The notes below the pieces were generated by a model. That model ran no database searches and was not told the origin of the DNA. It worked only from the letters and a program-made list of their open reading frames with translations. Shown here piece by piece: positions 14,901-22,634 of a stretch of DNA of 27,654 nucleotides (positions within the stretch are counted from its first letter, which is position 1; each line of letters opens with the position of its first letter). Source of the stretch: a virus (taxonomy: Duplodnaviria; Caudoviricetes). The translations under genes were made by a program, and so were the position numbers. The stretch is taken from positions 1-27,654 of IMG/VR virus record IMGVR_UViG_3300049189_000088, one strand, 5' to 3'.

Positions 14901-17744
14901 GACTCCACCGCGCCGGTGTCGGCGAACTACACCGTGCTGGGCAAGACCTACCTGCCCTCGCAGGTGACGGGCCTGCAGCACGTGTTCACGAACCTGGGCA
15001 TCGAGTTCAGCTTCAACGCGCCTTCGGATGACGACTGGCTGACCACGCAGGCGTCGACCACCGAACTGTTCGCCGCCGGCACCGTGGTGTTCGACGCGAA
15101 GACGACCAAGTTCCTGTGGGACTTCAGGGCGGCGGGGTCGCACACGCTGTGGTTTCGCCACACCTTCCAGGGCGGGCGCGAGACCACCCCGGTCAGCCGC
15201 GTGGTGCCGGTGCTGCGTCCCGCGGACGTGATCTTCCAGCCGACCGTCGAGCTGGGGCAGACGGTGACGTGCCGCTGGAACGACTGCAAGACGTCGCAGC
15301 CGCTGAAGCACTACATCGTCAAGATCGCCCCGGTGGGCGACACGACGACCGCCTGGGCCGCGCTGCCGGAGTTCACCCGGCTGCCGGGCAACACGCAGGC
15401 GCAGACCTTCACCTTCGACACGGTGGGTACGCGGCGCATCTACATCATGGCCGAGGACGTCGCCGGCAACACCAGCGCGACCGCTGCGTGGGACACCGTG
15501 ACGACCAGCGCGCCGCTGGATGGTCAGGATGGCGTGGATGGCGAGGACGGCACCCCGGGTCAGAACGCTGTCACCGCGCTGCTCAGCAGCGAGGCGGTGG
15601 TGCTGCCCGCCAACGTCGCCGGCGCGGTCACCTCCTACGACGGCGCGTCGACGACGATCAAGGTGCTCAACGGCGGCACCGACGACACCGCGAACTGGAG
15701 CTTCACGCGGCTCAACGGCCCGAACGTCACCAGCACGCTGGTCGACGCCACGCTGACCGTGACGAGCCTGGGAGAGACGCAGGATTCGAGCTACGTCGAC
15801 ATCACGGCGACCCGATCGGGCTACCCGTCGCTGACCAAGCGCTTCAGCGTTTCCAAGAGCAAGCAGGGCTCGGCCGGCGCCAGCCCGATCGAGCTCGTGC
15901 TCACCAACGAGGCGCACGTGGTTCCGGCAGATGCCGCCGGTACGGTGACCAGCTTCGCAGGTGCCGCTACCACGGCGTTCGTGTTCAACGGGTCGGCTGA
16001 CGACACCGCCAACTGGACGCTGACGCGCGTCAACACCAACTGCACGAGCACGATCTCAGGTGCTACGTTCACCGTGACCGCGATGACCGCGGACGTCGCC
16101 TACGTCGACGTCACCGCGACCCGCTCGGGCTACCCCACCCAGACCGCGCGTTTCACGATCACCAAGGCGAAGGCGGGCACCAGCGGAACCAATGGCACCA
16201 ACGGACAGAACGCGACCGCCTACTGGTTGTCGCGCTCCATTGCGGCGATCCAAAAGTCTGCCGCCGGCGCCTACACGCCCACCAGCGTGACCTTCACCGC
16301 GTACTCCGCCACCGGCACCGCCGCGCCGGCGCCGTACGCGGGCCGCTTCATCATCGCCACCAGCACGGACGGCACCACCTACACGAACCAGTACACGTCG
16401 TCGGCCAACGAGTCGTCGAAGGCGTACACGATCCCCGCCAGCATCAAGACGGTGCGCGTGCGCATCTACCTGGCGGGCGGCACGACCACGCTGCTGGACG
16501 AGGAGATCGTGCCGGTGGTCTCCGATGGCACGAACGGAACGAACGGCGCACAGGGCCCCCGCGGCGCCACGCGAGCGAGCCGTGTTGTCGCCACCGCCAG
16601 CTGGAGCGATGCGGAAGCAAACGCCGCCATCACCAGCGCCGGCTATGCCGGCCCGATCGACTTCGACGAGGTCACGCTGTACAAGACGGATGGCACGTTC
16701 GCGCAGACGCGCGTGCGCTCGGGCACCAGCTGGCTGACCATGGCCGCGGTGATCGACGGCAACCTGCTGGTCCGCGAGTCGGTGCTTGCCGACCGGATCA
16801 ACACGCGCGGACTGGACATCAAGGATTCCGCGGGCAACGTCATCTTCAGCGCGGGCCAGAACCTCGCCATGTCGCGTATCAACGCGAACTTCGGATCGAA
16901 CCTGCTCTACAACGGCGACTTCAGCAGCGGGCTGGACGGGTGGACGTACGGCACGCCCAGCGGTGTCGCGCCCAGCGTCACCAGCTACAACTTTGCCAAC
17001 TGGTGGCTCCAGGCGTTCCCGGGTCGCGCCGGCAGCAACGTCTTCTATACGCAGCAAGTAGGCGGGCTCACCGTTCCCAGCGGTGAGACCGACTGGTACT
17101 ACGAGTACATCGGGCCCGCCTGCCCCGTGGAGGGCGGCAAGCGCTATGTCGTCAGTGCCTACACGGGCGCGCATCGCTGCGCTGTCAACGTGTTCTTCTA
17201 CTGGTACGACGCGGCTGGCGCGTTGGGCGGCTGGAGCGACAACGCTGGCAATGCGGGCCCGGGCTCAGTGCATGCGAATGCTAATGAGGCAGGTGGCGGC
17301 ACCGCTCTTTCTGGCTACAAGCGCATCTACGACTCCAGGACGCTGCCGTCGAACGCCGCATTCGTGCGCCCGGTCATCCGCAAAATGGCGACGCTCAATG
17401 GGTACGCCGACAGTTATGCCTTCGTCGGACGCGTGCAGATCGAGGAGGTGCCGGCGGGTGTGAGCACGCCGGGCCCGTGGTCGACGTCGGGCATCACCGA
17501 CCAGACGGCAGTGCGTGCGCTGAACCCGATCACGAGCGGCAACGCGTCGACGTACATCGCCAATGCCGCCATCGGCAGCGCCCAGGTGGGCGTCCTCACC
17601 GCGGCCAACCTGACGGTGCAGGCGATGAGTAACACCATCAACGGCAGCGCCGGCAGCGGTCAGCGGGTCGAGGTCCAGACCAACCGGGTGCTGGTCTACG
17701 ACAGCTCGAACGTCCTGCGCGTGAAGCTCGGCGACCTGAGCTAA
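11922..17744 (+). CDS. Tail tip hub / central fibre host-specificity protein (fused gpI-like + gpJ-like), ~1940 aa
   Basis: ATGA overlap at 11922; N-terminal Ubl-like domain plus hydrophobic helices (gpI-like), PVIYGE...GEGPI, SNASPAWVTFDIL, phage-tail_3-like region, FN3-like repeats, collagen-like linkers, C-terminal RVLVYDSSNVLRVKLG. Confidence 0.9.
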   Translation: MSSCTLNLVELPNPLKPHEIFKSTREFSVGASVQDLYPRVGTVELVIALNGKIIPAEERATTPISDGDYLVVAPVLHGGEDGKQVLRIVALIALAVFAPAVAAQLSFAMGGGMFLGSVTGLAVMEAGVMLAGGMLINALLPPPKPKQPQESSPTYGIDGAKNTSAEGVPTPVIYGEFRYGGNILNNYVVNDGDTQWLYILLNAGEGPIGVINEQSIELNGQPISAFKDWWIEQRDGSHDQTPIPWFADTQVPQTVNHKLTQTFHQFTTTTEVDRLRFDFTAPAGIQYIGAGGDAQNASVPVEIQYRLNGTTTWQTLPGSGSVTGYDTVNKWDRVVLTMDEYGNPILYTTYVPTGAEVLVGNTWYIERVGADGNPEMMKVGERIVSAVSNTNLFVVSGNQTTALRRSFFSHPLPEGVYDVRVRRTTEELFGQDIGEDTMIDQLYWTDVVEITTEDVAYRHTALLALKIRLGDQLSGIPTITYIHPGKKIQVWNEQTQQWVYESNASPAWVTFDILSNQRYGGGAARSRFVLDKWKDWAIYCAEKQLKFNGVFDTQTNVWDASQISMRCGHAQMVRVGTRYSVAIERAEEPVMMFSVANMIKGSFRESWTSVAERANEIEGTYHDKEDSYKPRTIRVYDAAAINAGHPQRSTPVELKGVTSAQQAWDDLNIMLNMNRYIQRSIQFSAPVEAIACTIGSVILVQHDMPAWGVGGRVEAGNTTTVVNLDRPVTMEQGKLYKLWAHHSAVQRYTGTVASVVNGAEQTSLVLNGFNGTQVVDRIKVAGKDVRVDAVFQSGAQWGVTIASTAVSAGAAYELWATDVIETVDVNNPSTGAAVTVEQVTLAAALVQALPQYSNFMFGEVNKVAKPFRVKSISGTHESKRDIVALEYNASVYNPAGAVPTPNYSSLVTTVQHVTIDGVDERIVQHGISYKSRVTVRYSSSQQTYQSSNVYLSRNGGAFEWVGKDIYSVTVDGATGEVLKFKVVAVDVTGKSAPDSTAPVSANYTVLGKTYLPSQVTGLQHVFTNLGIEFSFNAPSDDDWLTTQASTTELFAAGTVVFDAKTTKFLWDFRAAGSHTLWFRHTFQGGRETTPVSRVVPVLRPADVIFQPTVELGQTVTCRWNDCKTSQPLKHYIVKIAPVGDTTTAWAALPEFTRLPGNTQAQTFTFDTVGTRRIYIMAEDVAGNTSATAAWDTVTTSAPLDGQDGVDGEDGTPGQNAVTALLSSEAVVLPANVAGAVTSYDGASTTIKVLNGGTDDTANWSFTRLNGPNVTSTLVDATLTVTSLGETQDSSYVDITATRSGYPSLTKRFSVSKSKQGSAGASPIELVLTNEAHVVPADAAGTVTSFAGAATTAFVFNGSADDTANWTLTRVNTNCTSTISGATFTVTAMTADVAYVDVTATRSGYPTQTARFTITKAKAGTSGTNGTNGQNATAYWLSRSIAAIQKSAAGAYTPTSVTFTAYSATGTAAPAPYAGRFIIATSTDGTTYTNQYTSSANESSKAYTIPASIKTVRVRIYLAGGTTTLLDEEIVPVVSDGTNGTNGAQGPRGATRASRVVATASWSDAEANAAITSAGYAGPIDFDEVTLYKTDGTFAQTRVRSGTSWLTMAAVIDGNLLVRESVLADRINTRGLDIKDSAGNVIFSAGQNLAMSRINANFGSNLLYNGDFSSGLDGWTYGTPSGVAPSVTSYNFANWWLQAFPGRAGSNVFYTQQVGGLTVPSGETDWYYEYIGPACPVEGGKRYVVSAYTGAHRCAVNVFFYWYDAAGALGGWSDNAGNAGPGSVHANANEAGGGTALSGYKRIYDSRTLPSNAAFVRPVIRKMATLNGYADSYAFVGRVQIEEVPAGVSTPGPWSTSGITDQTAVRALNPITSGNASTYIANAAIGSAQVGVLTAANLTVQAMSNTINGSAGSGQRVEVQTNRVLVYDSSNVLRVKLGDLS
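14708..14725. repeat. 18-bp palindromic box 6 TAAGTCACGAGTGACTGT (intragenic)
   Basis: Lies within the J-like CDS, read as TAT AAG TCA CGA GTG ACT GTG, codons atypical of this GC3-rich gene. Confidence 0.85.
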
Positions 17745-17759
17745 GTCACGGGTGACGTA
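17742..17759. repeat. 18-bp palindromic box 7 TAAGTCACGGGTGACGTA
   Basis: Forms the entire junction, from the stop TAA of J to the A of the next ATG. Confidence 0.9.
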
Positions 17760-18034
17760 TGGCATTCGGACTGCAGATCTTCGACACGTCGGGCGCAATG
17801 GTGTTTGACAGCACCGGCGCCACCGGGGGCGTGCCGGTGGGCTTCTGGGCGGGCGGTGCGGGCACGTTGTCCTTTCCCCAGTTCGCGGGCAGGACGATGG
17901 CCGCAATCATGATCAGCGGCAGTTCGGAGTGGTGGACCGAAAGCGGGCTGGGGGTGACCATCAGCTACGCCTCTGGCTATCCGGTGGTCACGGTGGCGAG
18001 CTACGCGCCCACGTTCATGCTGGCGGTGTGGTGA
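17759..18034 (+). CDS. Small tail-tip accessory protein
   Basis: 91 aa MAFGLQIFDTSGAMVFDS..., typical of small genes following J in lambdoid/T1-like tips. Confidence 0.65.
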   Translation: MAFGLQIFDTSGAMVFDSTGATGGVPVGFWAGGAGTLSFPQFAGRTMAAIMISGSSEWWTESGLGVTISYASGYPVVTVASYAPTFMLAVW

Positions 18035-18780
18035 TGGCATTCGGCATTCTGATCAACAACCCGAGCGGCGAGATGGTGCTGTCGAGCGACACCTACTTTC
18101 CGGTGTACCTGGGCAAGGCGACGGTCGTCTCAACGGTGCAGCCATTTGGCAGCGGCACCGCCGCAACCGGCACCGGCAACGGAGGCTACAGCACCTGTTC
18201 GTTCAACTACGCGGGGCAAATTGTGCCCGTGCTGAAGCTGGCACCGGGCCACAAGGGGACGATCTATTCGTGCACGCAGTCGGGCTCGACCTGGACGATA
18301 CGGGCTTCGTATACGAACGGCAGTCAGGTCACCGACCTGAACTCGCCGACGAACGGCATGTTTCTGCAGACGGCGCCCGAGATCTTCGTCTTCGGGTTCG
18401 TCACCTCGCTTGGCGGCTCCTACGGCGCCGCGATCTACAACTCCAGCGGTGTGCTGGTGGGCGACCTGACGCGCCGGCCGCTCATTCTCAAGCAGCGCAT
18501 GAACCTGCCCGTCAACACCACGTCCGCGGCGGTCAACACCCCCGCTGTGGTGCCCGGGGTCCTGGGTCGCTGCTTTGACACGAGCGTCACGGGCGGTCCA
18601 ACCGGCATCCCGGAGATCTATCGCCTGGCGTACAGCCAGTACATCTTCAGCTGCAGCAGCACCACATTCGCCCGCGGGCTGGATCGCCGCAAGATCATGA
18701 ACACCGGCGCTGACAACCCGCACCCCGACAGCATCCGGGGCGTGGACGTGTGGCTGGTCGAACTCAACGGACTTACCTGA
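18034..18780 (+). CDS. Tail-tip accessory / possible receptor-binding protein
   Basis: TGATG overlap; MAFGILINNPSGEMV... with internal YGAAIYNSSGVLV repeat; 248 aa. Confidence 0.6.
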   Translation: MAFGILINNPSGEMVLSSDTYFPVYLGKATVVSTVQPFGSGTAATGTGNGGYSTCSFNYAGQIVPVLKLAPGHKGTIYSCTQSGSTWTIRASYTNGSQVTDLNSPTNGMFLQTAPEIFVFGFVTSLGGSYGAAIYNSSGVLVGDLTRRPLILKQRMNLPVNTTSAAVNTPAVVPGVLGRCFDTSVTGGPTGIPEIYRLAYSQYIFSCSSTTFARGLDRRKIMNTGADNPHPDSIRGVDVWLVELNGLT

Positions 18781-18789
18781 AGGCACAAC

Positions 18790-19416
18790 ATGCCCATTCT
18801 CAAGAACGCCACCACCCCGAACGGCACTGCCGTGGGCTTCCACAAGATCAAGTCTGCCACCGTCGACTACACCGCCGGCACGGCACTGGCACAGGTCGCC
18901 AGCTGGCCCACGGAGCAGGCGCACAACGAGGGACTGGGGCTGACCTGGATGTGGCCGGTCGTCGTGCCCATCGATCGCCTGGCGGACATCGAGACCGCAC
19001 TGTGCGAGCTGTCGGGCAGTCCCTTCCTGGCCGGCGTGACGACCGCGGACATGAGCGAAGGACTGGACGCGGTCAAGATGCGCAAGAACGCGGAGATCAA
19101 CGCCGCGCGCTTGGCGGCGAACCGCACCACCTTCGTCTTCGCCGGCAAGGACATCAGCTGCGACGAGCTCAGCCGCAGCGACATCGACGGGGTCAACGGC
19201 ATCGTCGCGCTCACCGCCGCGCTGCCGCCGGGCTTTCCGAACGCATGGAAGGCCCTCGACAACACCTACGTCTCGATCCCCGATGTCGCGACCTGGACCG
19301 CCTTCTACGCGGCAATGGTGGCGAAGGGGACCGAGAACTTCGCCCACTCGCAGCAGCTCAAGGCGCAGCTCGAGGCGGCAACCACCCATGCACAAGTGGA
19401 GGCAATCCAATGGTGA
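18790..19416 (+). CDS. DUF4376-like tail fibre assembly/accessory protein
   Basis: C-terminal KNAEINAAR...FVFAGK...WKALDNTYV...QQLKAQLEAATTHAQVEAIQW pattern. Confidence 0.7.
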   Translation: MPILKNATTPNGTAVGFHKIKSATVDYTAGTALAQVASWPTEQAHNEGLGLTWMWPVVVPIDRLADIETALCELSGSPFLAGVTTADMSEGLDAVKMRKNAEINAARLAANRTTFVFAGKDISCDELSRSDIDGVNGIVALTAALPPGFPNAWKALDNTYVSIPDVATWTAFYAAMVAKGTENFAHSQQLKAQLEAATTHAQVEAIQW

Positions 19417-19829
19417 AACTGGCCCTGTACAAGAAGCGCGGCAACTGGATCAACTGGCTGATCCGCTGGCGCACCCACAGCCCATACAGCCACTGCGAAC
19501 TGGTGGTCGACGGCTGGTGCTACTCCTCGTCGGGGCGCGACGGCGGTGTGCGCGCCAAGCAGATCGACCTGAGCGAAGGCTGGGACGTGGTCGAGGTGCC
19601 CTGGGCGTGGGTGGGCAAGCAGGACGTGCTCGACTTCTTCGCTGTGACTTCAGGCTGCCGCTACGACTACCTGGGCGTGATCATCGGTGCCGTCTTCGGC
19701 ACCAAGACGAACAAGCGCAACCGCTGGTTCTGCTCGGAGTGGTGTGCCGAAGCGCTGGGAATGGCAGAGCCCTGGCGCTGGACGCCGGCGAGCCTGGCGG
19801 CGATCTTCTCGGCACCTGGCAGTAAGTAA
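19410..19829 (+). CDS. Permuted papain-like (YaeF/YiiX, C92-type) NlpC/P60 protein
   Basis: ATG 19410; IRWRTHSPYSHCEL...YDYLG...WFCSEWCAEAL, with His before Cys; 139 aa. Confidence 0.8.
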   Translation: MVKLALYKKRGNWINWLIRWRTHSPYSHCELVVDGWCYSSSGRDGGVRAKQIDLSEGWDVVEVPWAWVGKQDVLDFFAVTSGCRYDYLGVIIGAVFGTKTNKRNRWFCSEWCAEALGMAEPWRWTPASLAAIFSAPGSK

Positions 19830-19840
19830 CCGGTGACTTG
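19823..19840. repeat. 18-bp palindromic box 8 TAAGTAACCGGTGACTTG
   Basis: Contains the stop at 19827-19829 and overlaps the -35 of the lysis promoter. Confidence 0.82.
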
Positions 19841-19866
19841 ACTGCGCGGGCCTGCTGGGCAAGAAT
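19838..19866 (+). promoter_or_regulatory. sigma70-like promoter for lysis cassette
   Basis: TTGACT 19838-19843, 17 bp, AAGAAT 19861-19866. Confidence 0.5.
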
Positions 19867-19911
19867 CCCGCGCATCGACAACCCGCCCACGAGTGACCGC
19901 TGGAGCAAATA

Positions 19912-20127
19912 GTGGAACTGAACAACACCATGAAAGCCCTCGTGGACCTGAGCCCGCCGGTGGGTGTCAGCCTGGCGACCTTCCTGGGCGCCTGGATGCC
20001 GCCCATCGTCTACATCCTGACCGCGGTCTACACCGCGTTTCGCCTGTACTACCTGATCACCGACAAGATGCACGAGCGGCGCGAGCGCGCGGCCGGCAAG
20101 GTGGTCCAGACCAAGGACGTCGAGTGA
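19912..20127 (+). CDS. Putative holin
   Basis: 71 aa; GGAG RBS + GTG (alternative ATG 19930); hydrophobic segments and charged C-tail; directly before the endolysin. Confidence 0.7.
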   Translation: MELNNTMKALVDLSPPVGVSLATFLGAWMPPIVYILTAVYTAFRLYYLITDKMHERRERAAGKVVQTKDVE

Positions 20128-20576
20128 CCGAAGCCGGGCTCGCCATCATCCGGCACTACGAGCGCTTCGAGCCGGTCTGCTACCTGTGTCCTGCCGGCGT
20201 GCCCACCTGGGGATACGGCGACACCGAGGGCTTGACGATGGCGGACGTGGGCGTCAAGCGCACCACGATGCCCGAAGCGGAGCGCCGGCTGCAGGCGCAA
20301 GTCGCCAAGCGTGAGCGCATCGTGCGCGCGATGCTGACCCGCCCGGCCACCGACAACCAGGTCTCCGCGATGGTGTGCCTGGGCTACAACATCGGCAACG
20401 AGGCACTGCGTAGCTCGAGCGTGGTGCGCTTTCACAACGCCGGCGACACGCTGCGCGCGGCCAACGCGTTCCGCCTGTGGAATAAGGCGCGCGATCCCAG
20501 GACCGGCGTGCTCAAGGTCCTCAACGGCCTGGTCGCGCGTCGCGAGAAAGAGCGCGAGCTCTACCTGACGCCGTGA
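20124..20576 (+). CDS. Endolysin, GH24 (T4/lambdoid-type) lysozyme
   Basis: GTGA overlap; E-X8-C-X5-T triad (ERFEPVCYLCPAGVPTWGYG), YNIG, LNGLVARREKE. Confidence 0.92.
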   Translation: MTEAGLAIIRHYERFEPVCYLCPAGVPTWGYGDTEGLTMADVGVKRTTMPEAERRLQAQVAKRERIVRAMLTRPATDNQVSAMVCLGYNIGNEALRSSSVVRFHNAGDTLRAANAFRLWNKARDPRTGVLKVLNGLVARREKERELYLTP

Positions 20577-20812
20577 ACTTCAAGCAGTTCCTGCGCTTCA
20601 CCTCCGCCGGCATCCAGGCGTGGCTGACCATCTTCGTGACCACGGTCTACAACGCCGTGCTCGCGATCGGGCTGTTCCACGGCAAGGTCTCGTTCCAGGA
20701 ATACATCATGGCGGTGGGCCCGATCAACACCATGGTCATGGCGTTCTGGCTGGGCAGCGAAACCCGCGCCGCCCAGCCGCTCATCCCGCCCAAGTCCGAT
20801 GCTGAGCAGTGA
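20573..20812 (+). CDS. Small two-TM membrane protein (second holin / antiholin candidate)
   Basis: 79 aa, two hydrophobic helices, ends ...MAFWLGSE; lies within the lysis cassette. Confidence 0.55.
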   Translation: MNFKQFLRFTSAGIQAWLTIFVTTVYNAVLAIGLFHGKVSFQEYIMAVGPINTMVMAFWLGSETRAAQPLIPPKSDAEQ

Positions 20813-21155
20813 AGCGATCAAGCTGCTGGCCGTCGCCGGCGTCGCCGCGACGCTGTTCGTCACCGGATGGACGGTGCGCGGATGGAAGGCCGAATCCGAC
20901 GAAGCGCGCGAGCAGCGCCTGGTCCAGCAGGTGATCGACAAACAACGCGCCCACGAGAGCCGCGTTGCCCAAACCCTCGAAGACAAGCTCGCCCGCCTGA
21001 AGGCGAACGAGCGTCTGGTGGAGAAGCATCGTGAAACGATCGTTGAGCGCCCTGTGTATCGCAACGGCTGCATTGACGATGACGGCGTGCGCCTCATCGA
21101 AGCAGCCCGTGCAGGCAAAGCCCCAGCAAGCGGCGCTTCTGCAGCCGTGCCCTGA
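20799..21155 (+). CDS. i-spanin (Rz-like)
   Basis: N-terminal TM, coiled coil, PVYRNGCIDDDGVRLI. Confidence 0.8.
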   Translation: MLSSEAIKLLAVAGVAATLFVTGWTVRGWKAESDEAREQRLVQQVIDKQRAHESRVAQTLEDKLARLKANERLVEKHRETIVERPVYRNGCIDDDGVRLIEAARAGKAPASGASAAVP

Positions 21156-21282
21156 TCACCTCTCCGAGCACCAGGGCGTCACCGGCGCTGAGCTGCTCGC
21201 AACCATGCTCCGGTGGGCGGACGAATACAACGTCTGCGCCGCGCGCCACAACGCGCTGGTCGAATCGTTGAAGGACAACTGA
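21031..21282 (+). CDS. o-spanin lipoprotein (Rz1-like)
   Basis: Lipoprotein signal MKRSLSALCIATAALTMTA-C, LLQPCP, CAARHNAL; starts inside the Rz-like gene in another frame. Confidence 0.8.
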   Translation: MKRSLSALCIATAALTMTACASSKQPVQAKPQQAALLQPCPDHLSEHQGVTGAELLATMLRWADEYNVCAARHNALVESLKDN

Positions 21283-22632
21283 ATGGACAACTCGACGCTG
21301 CAGCGCCTGAAGGACTTCGCGCTGGTCTACAACGACACCGAGGGCTTTCCGACGATCTCCGACGTCGCTGCCAAGCTGGGCAAGGCACCGTCCACCGTCC
21401 GACACACCGCAGCCGAATACCGGCGCATCCAGCCGCTGTCCGTGGAGCTCGAGCCACTGATCTCCCGGGTGGGCTCGCTCATGCCGTTCCAGCACCAGCT
21501 GGGCGACGACGTGCCGATGTCCGAGGACGAGAGCAAGTTCCACCCCGAGTTCACGGCGCAGGACTGCATCAACACGCTGCGCGAGTTCGCCCTGGCAGAC
21601 CCGGATCGGGTCATCAGCCGCAACAACTTCCGCGTGCACGGGCCCATCTCCGAGTCGACCTGGAACCGCTTCTTCGGCACCTTCGAAGAGTTCAAGCGCC
21701 AGGCCGGCATCAAGCTCACCCGGCAGCAGCACGGGCTCGAGCGCGCAATCGCCAAGCACGCCAGCGTCGACCACTATCGGCGCATGAACATCGAGCGCGG
21801 CGACTACGCCGAGCGCTACATCCGCGAGGCGCCCACTCGCTTCAAGACCCGCATCTTCTGCAGCGACTTGCACGACGAGGAGATGGACCCGTTCTATCGC
21901 CGGGTGCTGATCGACACGGTCAAGCGGGTGCGCCCCGACAGCTTCACCATCGTGGGCGACGGCTTGGACCTGCCCGAGTTTGGCAAGTACAGCGTCGACC
22001 CGCGCGAATGGGGTCCGGTGCGTCGCATCAACAAGTTCCACATCTTCTGCGCGGACATCCGCGAGGTGTTCGAGGGTCAGTTCGACTTCGTCGAGGGCAA
22101 CCACGAGTTCCGCCTGCTGCGTCACCTGGGCGACGAGACGCCGGCGCTGAAGACAGTGCTCGCCGAGCTGCACGGCATGGACATCCGCAAGCTGCTCGGG
22201 CTGGACCGTTTCGAGATCAACTACATCGCCAAAGCAGACCTGGCAGCATTCCGCGAGAAGGACATCCAGCTCGAGGTCGGCAAGAACTACAAGATCTACG
22301 ACAACGCCTTCATGGCGCACCACTTCCCGCACGCCCGCGACATGAACATGCCTGGCTGCAACGGGCACCACCACAACCACACGGTGTGGCCGCACTTCAA
22401 TCCGATGTTCGGCGCCTACGAGTGGCACCAGATGGGGTGCGGTCACAAACGCGACGCGAGCTACTGCGCCGGCGAGAAGTGGCACATGGGATTTCTCATC
22501 GCCCACATCGATACGCGCACCCGCCAGGTCGTCAGCGAGTACATCCAGGTCACCGACTTCGCCTGCGTCGGCGGCAAGTTCTATCACCGCGAACCGAACG
22601 AGCAGACCGGCGCTCCGAGCTTTACCCTGTAA
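21283..22632 (+). CDS. HTH-containing calcineurin-like metallophosphoesterase
   Basis: N-terminal PTISDVAAKLGKAPSTVR HTH; motifs SDLH, GDGLD, GNHE, HH, GHHH; 449 aa. Confidence 0.8.
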   Translation: MDNSTLQRLKDFALVYNDTEGFPTISDVAAKLGKAPSTVRHTAAEYRRIQPLSVELEPLISRVGSLMPFQHQLGDDVPMSEDESKFHPEFTAQDCINTLREFALADPDRVISRNNFRVHGPISESTWNRFFGTFEEFKRQAGIKLTRQQHGLERAIAKHASVDHYRRMNIERGDYAERYIREAPTRFKTRIFCSDLHDEEMDPFYRRVLIDTVKRVRPDSFTIVGDGLDLPEFGKYSVDPREWGPVRRINKFHIFCADIREVFEGQFDFVEGNHEFRLLRHLGDETPALKTVLAELHGMDIRKLLGLDRFEINYIAKADLAAFREKDIQLEVGKNYKIYDNAFMAHHFPHARDMNMPGCNGHHHNHTVWPHFNPMFGAYEWHQMGCGHKRDASYCAGEKWHMGFLIAHIDTRTRQVVSEYIQVTDFACVGGKFYHREPNEQTGAPSFTL

Positions 22633-22634
22633 GG

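Noticed and set aside
15519-18780. Diversity-generating retroelement or invertible tail-fibre shufflon
   Set aside because: No reverse transcriptase or invertase, no near-identical TR/VR pair seen, and no inverted fibre cassettes; the tandem repeats are diverged protein-level duplicates.
207-19911. ORF-track upstream starts (207, 1178, 2474, 3750, 11883, 17929, 18750, 19893)
   Set aside because: Downstream starts (243, 1229, 2711, 3807, 11922, 18034, 19410, 20124) have an RBS or stop/start overlaps and remove implausible N-terminal extensions.
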